Below, piece by piece: positions 36,586 to 47,009 of a DNA stretch of 64,000 nucleotides. Below the pieces are notes generated by a model. The model was not told the DNA's origin, ran no database searches, and saw only the letters and a program-made list of their open reading frames with translations. The translations under genes were made by a program, and so were the position numbers. The stretch comes from Deltaproteobacteria bacterium (GTDB taxonomy: Bacteria > Myxococcota_A > UBA9160 > JAJDAL01). The stretch covers positions 58,815-122,814 of the forward strand of contig JAJDAL010000003.1 in NCBI GenBank assembly GCA_029261875.1, given 5' to 3'. The first letter of the stretch is position 1. The number at the start of each line of letters is the position of its first letter.

Positions 36586-38295
36586 TCAGCCGGTCGCGCG
36601 TGAATCGGTTCGCGTCACAGTCGCAAGGGCCTCCAGCAGGGCGGCCCGTGGATCTTCGGGTTTGGATTGCGCACGCCACGCGACGTGTTGGTCGGGGCGT
36701 ACCAGTAGGGCTCCGCCCGCGGCGAGCTCGCACTGCGCGCAGAATGCTCCCTCGGGATCCGTGACATCGGATCCCAAGGCGACGTGACGCAAGGGAATCG
36801 ATTCCACGGCTTGCACCGCATTCGCCCAGTCGGGGTCTCCACCGGCGGTGAGCAGGACGAAGCCATCGCCGGAAATCAAATCCAAACTGGAGATGCGCGC
36901 GCCATTCTGGGTCAGCCACGCGTGGGGCAAGCGCGAGCCCGGACGTGCGCTGGGAATGTATTCGCGCACGGGGTTTTGCGGGCGCGCTAGCTCCGTAGCG
37001 TCGGGTACCAGGGCTCCCGCTTCGTAGGCGAAGCCCAACTGCAGCCCCAACATGTCGAAATGTTCCGCTTGATCCCGCATGGCGGCGACGGCCCGGGCGC
37101 GACCGGCGGGATCCGCCAGGGTCTGATTCATCCGCTGCGTAGTGGGCTCCGCGTCGGTGCCGAGGGCCTGTTGCACTTGAAACAGCTTCAGCGCATTGCG
37201 CAAACTCTGAGTCGCGTTTTCCTGGGCGACAGGACGCCGTTCCGCCTCGTAGCTGTCCAGGAGCGTTGCGTCCGCCCAGCCGCACTCGACCGCGGCAATC
37301 TTCCACACGAGGTTGTGGGTATCCTGCGCGCCGGTGTTGAGCCCCAACCCTCCAGTGGGGGGAAAGCGGTGCGCCGCATCGCCGGCGAGAAAGACGCGCC
37401 CCGTGCGATATCGGTCTGCAACCTGGGACGTCATGGTCCAAGCACTGATGTTGAGGATCTCCAGGTCCGGGTCGTGGGGTGCCATCGTGTTTCGAACCAG
37501 GTCGGCGCACACGGACTCCGTGTAGGCGTCCAAGGCTTCCGTGTCGGGATCCCAGGGCTTCATGTAGACCCACTCGCGATCGATGTCGTGGGCAACCAAG
37601 GTGCCTCCGATCGCCGGATCCAGCAGCCAATACAAGACCCCGGGGCAATCGGAGACGAGGGAGCGGAGATTGGCTCCGAAATGGATCATGATGAAGCTCA
37701 TGAGGCGTTCGGGGCCCTGCACGCCGATGTCGAGTGCCTTGCGCACGCGGCTTCCGGCTCCGTCGGCCCCGATGACGTAGCGACTGTGAATTTCGTACTC
37801 ACGGTCCCGCGCGAGATCGCGAATCCGTGAGATGACGCCTCGGTCACTCTGGATCGCGGATTCCCATTGATGTTCGTAGGCGAGTTCGCAGTGCGGAGAT
37901 TTGCGCGTCGCTTCCGCGAGTATGGGTTCGAGTTTGTGCTGGGAAAGATTGCGAAGCGGTGTCGGGGTGTAGGCGAGACACTCGTCGCCCTGGCGTTCGA
38001 AGGGCAACTGGGTGAGGGATTCGCCACCGAGTCGGGCAACGAAATGAACGGAGCCCGCGTCTGCGGGAGATTTGCAGATCGCATCCAGAGCGGCCGCGTC
38101 GATTCCGAGGGCGCGATAGATCTCGAGCGTGCGCGCGTTGACGACGTGGGCGGCGGGCGAACGCTGGGGGCCGGGCCGTCGCTCGACGATGTGACTGGAG
38201 ATGCCGAGCTGCGACAGGTGAATTCCGGTTTGGAGCCCCGTCGGGCCTCCCCCGACGACGAGAACCGGTACCTCGATCGAAGTCACGCGTGACAC
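36586..38295 (-). CDS. FAD-dependent phenol-type monooxygenase (TfdB/PheA-like)
   Basis: VGGGPTGL, GADGAGSRVR, GRVFLAGDAAHRFPPTGGLGLNTG, GSRLPHAW, LVRPDQHVAWR. Confidence 0.92.
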   Translation of the reverse strand: MSRVTSIEVPVLVVGGGPTGLQTGIHLSQLGISSHIVERRPGPQRSPAAHVVNARTLEIYRALGIDAAALDAICKSPADAGSVHFVARLGGESLTQLPFERQGDECLAYTPTPLRNLSQHKLEPILAEATRKSPHCELAYEHQWESAIQSDRGVISRIRDLARDREYEIHSRYVIGADGAGSRVRKALDIGVQGPERLMSFIMIHFGANLRSLVSDCPGVLYWLLDPAIGGTLVAHDIDREWVYMKPWDPDTEALDAYTESVCADLVRNTMAPHDPDLEILNISAWTMTSQVADRYRTGRVFLAGDAAHRFPPTGGLGLNTGAQDTHNLVWKIAAVECGWADATLLDSYEAERRPVAQENATQSLRNALKLFQVQQALGTDAEPTTQRMNQTLADPAGRARAVAAMRDQAEHFDMLGLQLGFAYEAGALVPDATELARPQNPVREYIPSARPGSRLPHAWLTQNGARISSLDLISGDGFVLLTAGGDPDWANAVQAVESIPLRHVALGSDVTDPEGAFCAQCELAAGGALLVRPDQHVAWRAQSKPEDPRAALLEALATVTRTDSRATG

Positions 38296-38297
38296 CG

Positions 38298-39077
38298 CTA
38301 TACGACCCCGGGGTACGAGCCCCCGTCCAATTGCAGATTCTGTCCGGAGATGTACCCCGCTTGGGCGCTGCAGAGGAACGCGCAGGCGTCGCCGAACTCT
38401 TCGGGCTGCCCGAGTCGTCCCGCCGCGATGGTGCCGCGCATCTCCTCGTAGGCCGCTTCGACCGACATGCCCGAAAGCTTGGCGCGCATTTCCGCCATGT
38501 AGCGCTGGCGATCCGTATCGATGCGTTCGGGTAGCAGGTTGTTGATCGTGACGTTCGACCTGGCGACCTCTCGCGACAAGGCCTTACTGACGGAGGTCAA
38601 TCCCGTGCGTGCCCCGGTCGAAAGACCCATGGGGGCAAAGGGGGCTTTGACCATGGCCGAGGTGATATTGATGATGCGTCCGAAATTGCGCTCCACCATG
38701 CCGTCGATCACCCCGCGAATCATCAGAATCGGCGCCAACATGTTGGCTTCGAGCGCTTCGGTCCAAGCGGCGTGGTCCCAGTCCTGAAAACGCCCGGGCC
38801 GTGGACCACCGTTGTTGTTGACCAGGATGTCGGGTCGGGGACAGGCTTCGAGCAACAGGGCGCGGGTTTCCTCAGTGGCGATGTCGCCGACGACGCATTG
38901 GACCGCGACGCCCGTGGCTTCGCCGATCTGTTTGGCCGTCGCCTCCAATGCGTCGCGCCCGCGCGCGTTCAAGGTGACGTCGACGCCCTCTCGCGCCAGC
39001 GCCTGGGCGCAGGCTTTACCCAGTCCCTTACTCGATGCGCACACGATCGCCGCTTTTCCCTGAATGCCTAGATCCAA
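38298..39077 (-). CDS. SDR family oxidoreductase
   Basis: AIVCASSKGLG, DILVNNNGGP, GYISGQNLQLDGG; TTG start. Confidence 0.92.
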   Translation of the reverse strand: MDLGIQGKAAIVCASSKGLGKACAQALAREGVDVTLNARGRDALEATAKQIGEATGVAVQCVVGDIATEETRALLLEACPRPDILVNNNGGPRPGRFQDWDHAAWTEALEANMLAPILMIRGVIDGMVERNFGRIINITSAMVKAPFAPMGLSTGARTGLTSVSKALSREVARSNVTINNLLPERIDTDRQRYMAEMRAKLSGMSVEAAYEEMRGTIAAGRLGQPEEFGDACAFLCSAQAGYISGQNLQLDGGSYPGVV

Positions 39078-39105
39078 AATTGTGCTCCCGCGCGGGTCCT
39101 GGGGC

Positions 39106-39972
39106 CTAGATGAGCCGCGTGCTTTCGGGTTCGTCGATCACCGCATTTTCGATTTCGCCCACGCCTTCGATCGCGATGCGAACGACATCCCCCACCTTCA
39201 ACAGTTGGGGCGGCTTCATCGCGATCCCGACGCCGCCCGGGGTGCCCGTGGGAATGACATCCCCGGGTTCCAGGGTGAAGGCGGTGGTGAGGTGCTCGAT
39301 CAGGGTGAAGCAATCGAAAATCAGATTCTTGGTGTTGGAGGACTGGCGCAATTCGCCGTTGACCCAGGTCTTGAGTTCGAGCCCGTGGGGGTCTCCGATT
39401 TCGTCCGCGGTGACGATGCCGGGACCGAGGGGACAATGGGTATCAAAGGATTTCCCCATGGTGAAAGTCGGAACGCGCAGCTGCCAGTCGCGTACCGAGA
39501 CGTCGTTGACGACGGTGTAGCCCGCGATGACTTCTGTTGCGCGGTCTCGCGGGACGTGGCGACAGCGCTTACCGATCACGATGCCGAGTTCGCCCTCGTA
39601 GTCGAGGGCCGAGGATGCGCGCGGCATGTGAAAGGGATCGAACGGCGGGTGGGCGGAAAGCGATTGCTTGTTGAAGATGACCGGGTGCTTCGGCGTTTCG
39701 AGCCCGGCTTCCGCCACGTGGTCCGCATAGTTGAGACCCACGGCCAAAATCTTGGGTGGGCGCAAGATCGGCGATTCGAGATGGACATCGGCGAGGGCCA
39801 GCTCGGCGCCTTTGGCGTTGCGGGCTTTGTCGAGGGCCGTCGCGCCGGCGCTGAGCAGTGCGGTCATCTCGGTCGGCAGGCTCGCGTCTGCCGCTTCGAG
39901 GTCGACGACTCCGTCGCCGTCGAGTCGGCCGATCCGCGTCCGGTTCCCGTGAGTGAAGGTGACGAGTTTCAT
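39106..39972 (-). CDS. Fumarylacetoacetate hydrolase family protein
   Basis: GLNYADH, LDYEGEL, NDVSVRDWQ, GKSFDT, TGTPGGVG. Confidence 0.95.
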   Translation of the reverse strand: MKLVTFTHGNRTRIGRLDGDGVVDLEAADASLPTEMTALLSAGATALDKARNAKGAELALADVHLESPILRPPKILAVGLNYADHVAEAGLETPKHPVIFNKQSLSAHPPFDPFHMPRASSALDYEGELGIVIGKRCRHVPRDRATEVIAGYTVVNDVSVRDWQLRVPTFTMGKSFDTHCPLGPGIVTADEIGDPHGLELKTWVNGELRQSSNTKNLIFDCFTLIEHLTTAFTLEPGDVIPTGTPGGVGIAMKPPQLLKVGDVVRIAIEGVGEIENAVIDEPESTRLI

Positions 39973-40102
39973 GCTGGGCTCCCTGGGCGTACTGCCCGTT
40001 TGAACAGGTCTTGTGGTCCGGTTGGAGGGCTTTGTCCACCTTGTTCTTGGCAGTGGGGTGCCCTCGGCCTGTTTTCGCCTTGTGGCGCCGATTACTCAGA
40101 TG

Positions 40103-40137
40103 TATAATTCGACCGTTCAGGTTAGTCAAGTGATTAA
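40103..40137 (+). promoter_or_regulatory. -10 box and palindromic TetR operator candidate
   Basis: TATAAT at 40103-40108; TTAGTCA-AG-TGATTAA near-perfect palindrome at 40122-40137, just before tetR. Confidence 0.65.
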
Positions 40138-40146
40138 GTGAGGCCC

Positions 40147-40776
40147 ATGGGCGAATCTTCTGCCGAAGCCGGTTCCGAGACCACCCGCGACCGTATCCTC
40201 GCGGCCGCCCTCGAGGTTTTCGCCGAGCGCGGCTTCGATGGCGCCCGTACGCGGGAGATCGCCGAGCGCGCCGGTGCCAATCTGGGCCTGATCAAATACT
40301 ACTTCGACGGCAAGGAGGCGCTCTGGAAGGGCGCTGTGGAGCGAGCCTTCGCCCAGCTCCAGGCGAGCTTCGGCGACGCTCTCACGCCGGGCTCCGCCAC
40401 GGACGGCCGCGCCCAGATCGAGAGCGTGATTCGGCGCTTCGTCTATTTCGTCGCCGAACATCCGGAATTCATGCGACTCATGAACGACGAGGGCAAGCGC
40501 GACAGTCCGCGCATGCGGTGGCTTGCAGAGAACTACATCACGCCCATGCAGCGTCTCATGCAGGGACAGCTCGAGCTGGCCCAAGAAGTGGGACTCTTGC
40601 CCCGTTTTCCGGCGGTGTCGATCTTCTACCTGGTCGTCGGAGCGGCGGGTTTGATTTTCAGTCAGGCGCCCGAGTGTCGATTCATCAACGGAATCGATCC
40701 GACCGAGGAGGCGCACGTGGCGGCTCACGCGGACGCCGTCGTGCGACTGTTGCTGGGGCCCGAAGCGTCCGAGTAG
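40147..40776 (+). CDS. TetR/AcrR family regulator
   Basis: TRDRILAAALEVFAERGFDGARTREIAERAG..IKYYFDGKEAL; divergent from the catabolic cluster. Confidence 0.95.
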   Translation: MGESSAEAGSETTRDRILAAALEVFAERGFDGARTREIAERAGANLGLIKYYFDGKEALWKGAVERAFAQLQASFGDALTPGSATDGRAQIESVIRRFVYFVAEHPEFMRLMNDEGKRDSPRMRWLAENYITPMQRLMQGQLELAQEVGLLPRFPAVSIFYLVVGAAGLIFSQAPECRFINGIDPTEEAHVAAHADAVVRLLLGPEASE

Positions 40777-40808
40777 CCAGCGCGCTGTTCCCAACCTAGA
40801 TTCCGCCC

Positions 40809-42176
40809 GTGGACACCACCCCTTCGGAGCATGCCGTTCGCAGCATCGCTCGCGCGGTCGCCGCGCGGGGCGGGCGCGCGTTGCTGGTGGGGGGGTGCGT
40901 GCGGGATCAGCTGCTGGGACTGCCGCGCAAAGACTTCGACCTCGAGGTCTATGGCGTCGAAGGGCCGGAACTGTTCGCGTTGCTGGGAAGCGAACACGAA
41001 GTGATCGACGTCGGCCGCGATTTCGGCGTTGCGAAACTCAAGGGATTGCCCATCGATGTCTCCCTTCCGCGGCGCGAGAGCAAAGTGGGGCGCGGGCATC
41101 GCGGCTTCGACGTGGATTCGGATCCGAATCTCGAACTTCCGGTGGCGGCCGCGCGTCGCGACCTGACCGTCAACGCGATCTATCAAGACCCGTTGACCGA
41201 AGAAATTCTCGATCCCCTGGGAGGTGCGGAGGACCTGCGGAAGCGCGTTCTCCGCCACTGTTCCCCGCGTTTTTCCGAAGACTCGCTTCGCGTCCTTCGG
41301 GTGATGCAGTTTACGGCGCGCCTCGAATTCGACGTTCACCCCGACACCGTGGCTCTTTGTCGGGGCCTGGATCTGTCCGAGCTGCCCCGGGAACGGATCG
41401 GGGCGGAATGGCGAAAACTCTTGCTCGAGGGCGTGCGACCCTCGCTGGGACTCGAATTCCTGCGGGAGAGCGACGCGCTGCGTTTCTTTCCGGAACTCGA
41501 GGCCTTGATCGACACGCCCCAGAATCCCGAATGGCATCCCGAGGGCGATGTCTTCGTCCACACCCTGCATTGTTTGGATCATTTCGCGAGCGAGCGCGTC
41601 GGTGCGCCCGGGGACTGGACCGTCGGCCTGGCGTTGTTGTGTCACGACCTGGGCAAGCCCGCCACCACGAGTTTCGAAGATGGGGCTTGGCGCTCTCCCG
41701 GTCATTCCGAGGCGGGAGAAGAACCCACGCGTCGCTTTCTCGACCGTGTGACGGGCGAGCTCGAGCTGATCGAGAAGGTCGTCGGCCTGGTGCTCACGCA
41801 TTTGCGTCCGCACGATTTGTTTTCGGGGGACGCCAGCGACGCGGCGGTTCGGCGTCTGGCCACGAAGGTCGACATCGGATCGTTGGTGCGGGTGGCGCGT
41901 CACGACTACGCCGGTCGACCGCCACGGGTCTTCGATGGGTTTCCCGCCGGCCAGTGGTTATTGGAACGCGCCACGGCCTTGGAAATCGCCGATCGCGCGC
42001 CGCAGGCCCTGGTGCTCGGTCGGCATCTGATCGAACTCGGCGAACGACCGGGGCCGCACTTTTCCGAGATCTTGGGGCAATGTTTCGAAGCGCAGCTCGA
42101 CGGCGAGTTCGAGGAACTCGACGCGGGACTCCGTTATCTCCGATCCGTGCTCGCCGCGCGGGTTGCCGAGGACTGA
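40809..42176 (+). CDS. CCA tRNA nucleotidyltransferase/poly(A) polymerase family with HD domain
   Basis: VGGCVRD..KDFDL, RRDLTVNA, EDSLRVLR, WHPEGDV, LLCHDLGK. Confidence 0.9.
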   Translation: MDTTPSEHAVRSIARAVAARGGRALLVGGCVRDQLLGLPRKDFDLEVYGVEGPELFALLGSEHEVIDVGRDFGVAKLKGLPIDVSLPRRESKVGRGHRGFDVDSDPNLELPVAAARRDLTVNAIYQDPLTEEILDPLGGAEDLRKRVLRHCSPRFSEDSLRVLRVMQFTARLEFDVHPDTVALCRGLDLSELPRERIGAEWRKLLLEGVRPSLGLEFLRESDALRFFPELEALIDTPQNPEWHPEGDVFVHTLHCLDHFASERVGAPGDWTVGLALLCHDLGKPATTSFEDGAWRSPGHSEAGEEPTRRFLDRVTGELELIEKVVGLVLTHLRPHDLFSGDASDAAVRRLATKVDIGSLVRVARHDYAGRPPRVFDGFPAGQWLLERATALEIADRAPQALVLGRHLIELGERPGPHFSEILGQCFEAQLDGEFEELDAGLRYLRSVLAARVAED

Positions 42177-42177
42177 A

Positions 42178-42570
42178 TCAGGGCGATTCCGCCGCGGGAG
42201 ACTCGACGGTCCGGGTTTCTCCCGCGCCGTTCTCGACGTCCATTTGGGTCGCCTTCCCGGAACCCAGGGCCCGAAAGAATTCCGCACTGCGTTTTGGGGA
42301 GTCGATGGCGACGCCGTTGAAGCGGACGATGGTGTCTCCATTCTGGATTCCACTGCGTTCGAACAGGCTGTCGGGTTTGATGCCGTGAACCTGGACACCG
42401 ACCAGCCGACCCTCTGAATACTTGGGAAGTACGCGCGCGGAATTCAAGATCGAACTGGGGCTGGTTTGATTGGGTTCGGCGTCGGCGCTGCCCGGTGTGA
42501 GGGCAAGCGCGATCGCGGTGGCGAGGATGGCAACCCATCCACCCAGCGGATGTCGTATGGTCGATCCCAT
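42178..42570 (-). CDS. Secreted stand-alone PDZ protein (GspC PDZ-like)
   Basis: Signal peptide; RVLPKYSEGRLVGVQVHGIKPDSLFERSGIQNGDTIVRFNG. Confidence 0.7.
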   Translation of the reverse strand: MGSTIRHPLGGWVAILATAIALALTPGSADAEPNQTSPSSILNSARVLPKYSEGRLVGVQVHGIKPDSLFERSGIQNGDTIVRFNGVAIDSPKRSAEFFRALGSGKATQMDVENGAGETRTVESPAAESP

Positions 42571-42676
42571 TGGAAGGCTCTCCTCTGTTCGCGTGGGGAG
42601 TATATCCGACGAATGGGTTCGCTCCATTCGGCGCCGTCCCGGCTTACGAGAACGCGCGGTGAGCTACATTCCCGCC

Positions 42677-43873
42677 ATGCCGAACACCCAAGGGAAGATT
42701 CAGGGCTTCGTTCACCCGGATTTCGCAAGTGTCGCGACGACGCTGGGAAAACAGATCGGTCGCCAGCGGGGCGCGGCGGTCTGCGTCTATCACCGCGGCG
42801 AACCCGTGCTGGATCTGTGGGGAGGTGAAGCGGACCTCACCGGGCGGCCCTGGGAGAAAGACACGTTGTCCTTGTCGTTCTCGGTCACCAAGGCGGTTAC
42901 TGCCACCGCGCTCCACATTCTGGTCGACCGCGGAGAACTCGACTACGAGGACCGGGTTTCGAAATTCTGGCCGGAATTCGCTCAGTCCGGAAAATCCGAC
43001 ATCACGATCCGCCAGCTGCTCTGTCACCAAGCGGGGCTCTACGCGATCCGAAGCTACATCGACAGCGTCGAGCGCGTCACGGATTGGGAATACATGATTC
43101 ACGCCCTCGAAACTGCGGAGCCCGCCCACACTCCCGGCGACCGCCACGGCTACCACGCCTGGACGTTTGGTTGGTTGGTTGGCGAAGTGGTGCAACGAAT
43201 CACGCGCAAGCCCCTGGGTGAATTCGTCGCCAGCGAGATCGCCGAACCCCTGGGGCTCGACGGTTTCTACATCGGGGCTCCGGAGTCCGAGCATTCGCGA
43301 GTGGCTTCGACCTTGCGACCCACTAAGGCGATCGGCGTCGAACGCCTTCGCCCCACTGGAAAACGGGTCGAACGCGCGTTGCGCGCCATGCGAATGCCGT
43401 TTTCGGTGGAAGCGTTCGCACGAGCGCACGTTCCGCACAACACCGAATATTACGATCTCGATCATCCCGAAGTCTTGAGTGCCGCGATTCCGGCCGTGAA
43501 TGGCCTTTTTACCGCGCGATCGCTGGCTCGCTTCTACGCGACGCTCGGCAACGGCGGTGAACTCGATGGCGTTCGCTTGCTCTCCCCGGAAACCGTAGTC
43601 CGCGCGACCGCGGTTCAAAGCCACGGTCGGGATTACGTGTTGTTCGGAACGCGGATGCATTGGCGACTTGGTTATCACCGGGCCTTTACCCTCAAAGGTG
43701 GCCTCGACACCAGCTTTGGTCACCTCGGAGCCAACGGTTCGTGTGGCTTTGCGGACCCGTCGCTGGAATTGTCGGTCGGCTACGTGCGGAACTTCGGCAT
43801 GCGTCAGCGGTTTCCCTATCTCCACACGGTCCAGATTTCCGACGCGGCCGTGCGCTGCGCGCGCGGCCGCTAG
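42677..43873 (+). CDS. Serine hydrolase, beta-lactamase-fold esterase (family VIII)
   Basis: SVTK (SxxK), LLCHQAGL, HGYHAWTFG, FGHLGANG. Confidence 0.92.
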   Translation: MPNTQGKIQGFVHPDFASVATTLGKQIGRQRGAAVCVYHRGEPVLDLWGGEADLTGRPWEKDTLSLSFSVTKAVTATALHILVDRGELDYEDRVSKFWPEFAQSGKSDITIRQLLCHQAGLYAIRSYIDSVERVTDWEYMIHALETAEPAHTPGDRHGYHAWTFGWLVGEVVQRITRKPLGEFVASEIAEPLGLDGFYIGAPESEHSRVASTLRPTKAIGVERLRPTGKRVERALRAMRMPFSVEAFARAHVPHNTEYYDLDHPEVLSAAIPAVNGLFTARSLARFYATLGNGGELDGVRLLSPETVVRATAVQSHGRDYVLFGTRMHWRLGYHRAFTLKGGLDTSFGHLGANGSCGFADPSLELSVGYVRNFGMRQRFPYLHTVQISDAAVRCARGR

Positions 43874-43895
43874 GGGCGGTCCGTCGGTCGCGCCC

Positions 43896-45131
43896 ATGCG
43901 GCACCTTCTGCTTCTCGCGATTCCCGTCGGATTCTTTCTGGTCCTGGAAACGCTTCTGCGTGGGTTCGTCTGGTTTGGAGGGGACCTTCCGTGGCCGCCC
44001 TCGGCGAGCGCGGAATGGGCCCAGCGCGGCTATCGCCTCGACCCGGAACTGAGCTGGGCTTTTCTGCCCGGTGTGATCCCCGACGTTCCCGGAACGCACC
44101 TCCCTACGAATGAGCGCGGATTGCGGGACGATCCGGTGGTCGTTCCGAAGCCGGCTTCGGTGGTGCGTGTACTCGCGCTCGGCGATTCGACGGTGTTTGG
44201 TTTTGGGGTGCGGCGGGAGGAGTCGTTCGTCGAGCGCTTGGAGGCGCTCCTGAATCAGCGCGGTGGCGTGGGGCGGTACGAGGTCGTGAATGCGGGCGTG
44301 CCGGGATACTCGGTCTTCAACAGTCTTCAGTATCTGCGCCGCGAGGGCATCCAGCTCGAACCGGATTTGATCTTATTTCAAAGCAATTTCAACGATCGGC
44401 GCTACGTGCAGTCGGCGGACCAGCGGGACGAGTCCAACTTTCACCGCGACTTGGTTCGGCGGGTTCGGCTGCGCGATGGACTGGGTTCGAGTTACCTGGT
44501 GCGGGGGTTGCGGAAGCTGCTCGTGGGGATCGGGCCCGGGGACTCGTTGGTGGACAGCGGTGAGTTCGACTTCGATTGGATCGAACTCGACCGATTGCAG
44601 AGTCGCGTGAACCCCGAACGCTATCGCGTGCTGGTGGACGAGCTCCTCACACTGGCGCGTGCGCGCGACATTCCGGTGGTATTGATCGCTCACGGAGATC
44701 CGCCTCACGTACGCGAAGCCCTGGACCGAGCGGAGGAACTGGAACGGGCGGGAGACCTGGAAGCCGCCATCGCGATGCTCCAAGGCGCCGAGGTGGCGGT
44801 GAGTATGCGGGTGGTTTCGCAAGTGTGGCGCAACGGTTGGCTCGAACGCGTCGGGCGCGAAGACGAGCAAGTTCGGCGGATTCGCGTGCCGATCCGTTGG
44901 ATGGGTACGGACGGCAATATTCCGATCCAGACCAGCGATGCGTATACGGACATCTTGTGGGAGTTCGACGCCAGGCCCGGCGTTGGAACCGTCGGCCTTC
45001 GACCGACACGGGCCGAAAGCGACGCACTCTATCTCGATTACATCCATCCCAGTGCGGAGGGGCACCGCAGACTGGCGAACGACTTGTTCGACCTTCTGGT
45101 TCATGACCCGGAACTGTCGCTGGTTCCCTAG
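43896..45131 (+). CDS. SGNH/GDSL hydrolase, membrane-anchored
   Basis: LALGDS, NAGVPGYS, ND, DYIHPSAEGH. Confidence 0.88.
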   Translation: MRHLLLLAIPVGFFLVLETLLRGFVWFGGDLPWPPSASAEWAQRGYRLDPELSWAFLPGVIPDVPGTHLPTNERGLRDDPVVVPKPASVVRVLALGDSTVFGFGVRREESFVERLEALLNQRGGVGRYEVVNAGVPGYSVFNSLQYLRREGIQLEPDLILFQSNFNDRRYVQSADQRDESNFHRDLVRRVRLRDGLGSSYLVRGLRKLLVGIGPGDSLVDSGEFDFDWIELDRLQSRVNPERYRVLVDELLTLARARDIPVVLIAHGDPPHVREALDRAEELERAGDLEAAIAMLQGAEVAVSMRVVSQVWRNGWLERVGREDEQVRRIRVPIRWMGTDGNIPIQTSDAYTDILWEFDARPGVGTVGLRPTRAESDALYLDYIHPSAEGHRRLANDLFDLLVHDPELSLVP

Positions 45132-46963
45132 GGCTGTTCGGGATCGGGTTCATCCCAGGCGAGGGCACCGACCGCTTGCGACGGCTGCGGCGGGTGGGTG
45201 GGGAGTGCACCCAATTGCTGCGTCTCCCAGAGCTTTTCGTAGAGCGGGCAATCCCGCAGCAGTTCGTCGTGGGACGCGAGGCCCACGCATTGGCCGCGGT
45301 CGAGTACGAGGATGCGATCGGCATTGCGGAGGGAGGAGAGGCGGTGGGCCACGGAGAACGTGGTCTTGCCCGCCATGAGGTGATCGAGTGCGCGTTGGAC
45401 GCGTGCTTCCGCGATCGAGTCGAGACTCGACGTCGCTTCGTCGAGTAGCAGAATTGGAGCGTTCTTCAGAAACGCCCGTGCCACGTTGATGCGCTGAGCC
45501 TGTCCGCCCGACACGCCCCGGCCCCCGACACCGAGTTCCGTGTCGTACCCGTCTTCGAATTGCAAGATCTCCGCATGGATCTCCGCTTGGCGTGCGGCTT
45601 CCTCCACCTCGGCGTCGCTGGCATCCGGGCGCCCGCAGCGGATGTTCTCGCGCACACTTGCATCGAAGAGAAAGGGCTCTTGGGTCACCATGGCGACCTG
45701 CGCGTAGACGTCGCGTACGAAGTAATCGCGGATGTCCTGTCCGTCGAACCGCACGCTGCCCGACGTCGGGTCGAACAGGCGGGCAATCAACCCGAGCAGG
45801 GTGGTCTTCCCGGATCCGGAAGGGCCCGCGATCCCGATGGTTTCACCCGCCTGGGCGTCGAAGGACAGGCCCTTGATGACGGATTGTTCGCCGTATTGAA
45901 ACGCTGCGTTGTCGACGGAGATGCGGAGCGGCGGGCTGCGCAGGGGCAGGGCACCCGGGCGATCCGTGACGTCCGGTGTTTCGGCCATCAGTCGGGCGAC
46001 GCGATCGGACGCGGCCCAGAAGCGTTGGATCTGCATGATGTTGGCGTTGACGTGAAACAGCGGGCCGTGGAGGGTGCGGATCGCAATCAGGAAGGCGAGC
46101 AGTTCCGGCCAACCCAGGCTGCCCGCCATCACGCGGAATCCGCCCACGATGACGACCGCCGCAACCGAGAACCCCGCCAGGGACTCGAGGACCACGTTGG
46201 AAAGCTCGCGCACGCGAACGATGCGCACCTGTTCGTCGAAAAAGAGCCGCGCTTTCTCGATCGTCGTGGCCGCTTCCTGTTCCTCGCCGCCGTAGATCTT
46301 GATGATCCGGATACCGCGGAGGATTTGCAGAATCACGTCGAAGACGACGTAGCCCCGGGCGCGTTCGTTGTGGGAGTGGGTGCGAATACGCCAGGCGATC
46401 AAGACCAGGGGAATTGTCGAGAGGGGAAGCACGAAGAGCACCCAGAAAGCCATTTCGGGACTGATCCGCAGGGCGGCCACGATCAAGCCGAGTGCGACGA
46501 CGGACTCCATGAAGATCCCCGCGTAGGCGAGGAAAGTCACGCGCAGATGTCCGACATCGGTTCGAACTGCCTGGATGAAGTCACCCGGGCTCTGTCGATC
46601 GAAGAAGGGCACCGACAAGGTCAGGAGGTGGCGAACGAGTCCATTCATCAGGCCCAGCTCGATGGTTCGAACGATGCGTTGCTGGGCAACGTGATTGTCG
46701 TAGAGCATCAAACTCGCGCCCACGTAGGCGGTCACCAGCAGGCCCGCCAGCGTGAGCAATGCGTTGCGGGCTCCAACCTGCTCCGTCAATACCGCGGCCA
46801 GCCCCTGGCCCTCGCCGAGGACACCCGAGAGGAACTGGGAGATCAGCAACACCTCGGCCATGACGAACGCGGATCGCGCGAGGGACGTGCCCGTAAAGCG
46901 CGCGACGAGCAACTTGCGCGTGCGGAACAGCGCGAGGACGTGGCGAAAAAGGGGAAGTTTCAT
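45128..46963 (-). CDS. ABC transporter permease/ATPase fusion (MsbA/PglK-like exporter)
   Basis: N-terminal TMD; GPSGSGKT, VSGGQAQR, LLLDEATSSLD, AHRLS. Confidence 0.93.
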   Translation of the reverse strand: MKLPLFRHVLALFRTRKLLVARFTGTSLARSAFVMAEVLLISQFLSGVLGEGQGLAAVLTEQVGARNALLTLAGLLVTAYVGASLMLYDNHVAQQRIVRTIELGLMNGLVRHLLTLSVPFFDRQSPGDFIQAVRTDVGHLRVTFLAYAGIFMESVVALGLIVAALRISPEMAFWVLFVLPLSTIPLVLIAWRIRTHSHNERARGYVVFDVILQILRGIRIIKIYGGEEQEAATTIEKARLFFDEQVRIVRVRELSNVVLESLAGFSVAAVVIVGGFRVMAGSLGWPELLAFLIAIRTLHGPLFHVNANIMQIQRFWAASDRVARLMAETPDVTDRPGALPLRSPPLRISVDNAAFQYGEQSVIKGLSFDAQAGETIGIAGPSGSGKTTLLGLIARLFDPTSGSVRFDGQDIRDYFVRDVYAQVAMVTQEPFLFDASVRENIRCGRPDASDAEVEEAARQAEIHAEILQFEDGYDTELGVGGRGVSGGQAQRINVARAFLKNAPILLLDEATSSLDSIAEARVQRALDHLMAGKTTFSVAHRLSSLRNADRILVLDRGQCVGLASHDELLRDCPLYEKLWETQQLGALPTHPPQPSQAVGALAWDEPDPEQP

Positions 46964-47009
46964 GGTGCTTTGGCCAATCCAGGATTCTACACCAGCTGCG
47001 CGGGGCGGA

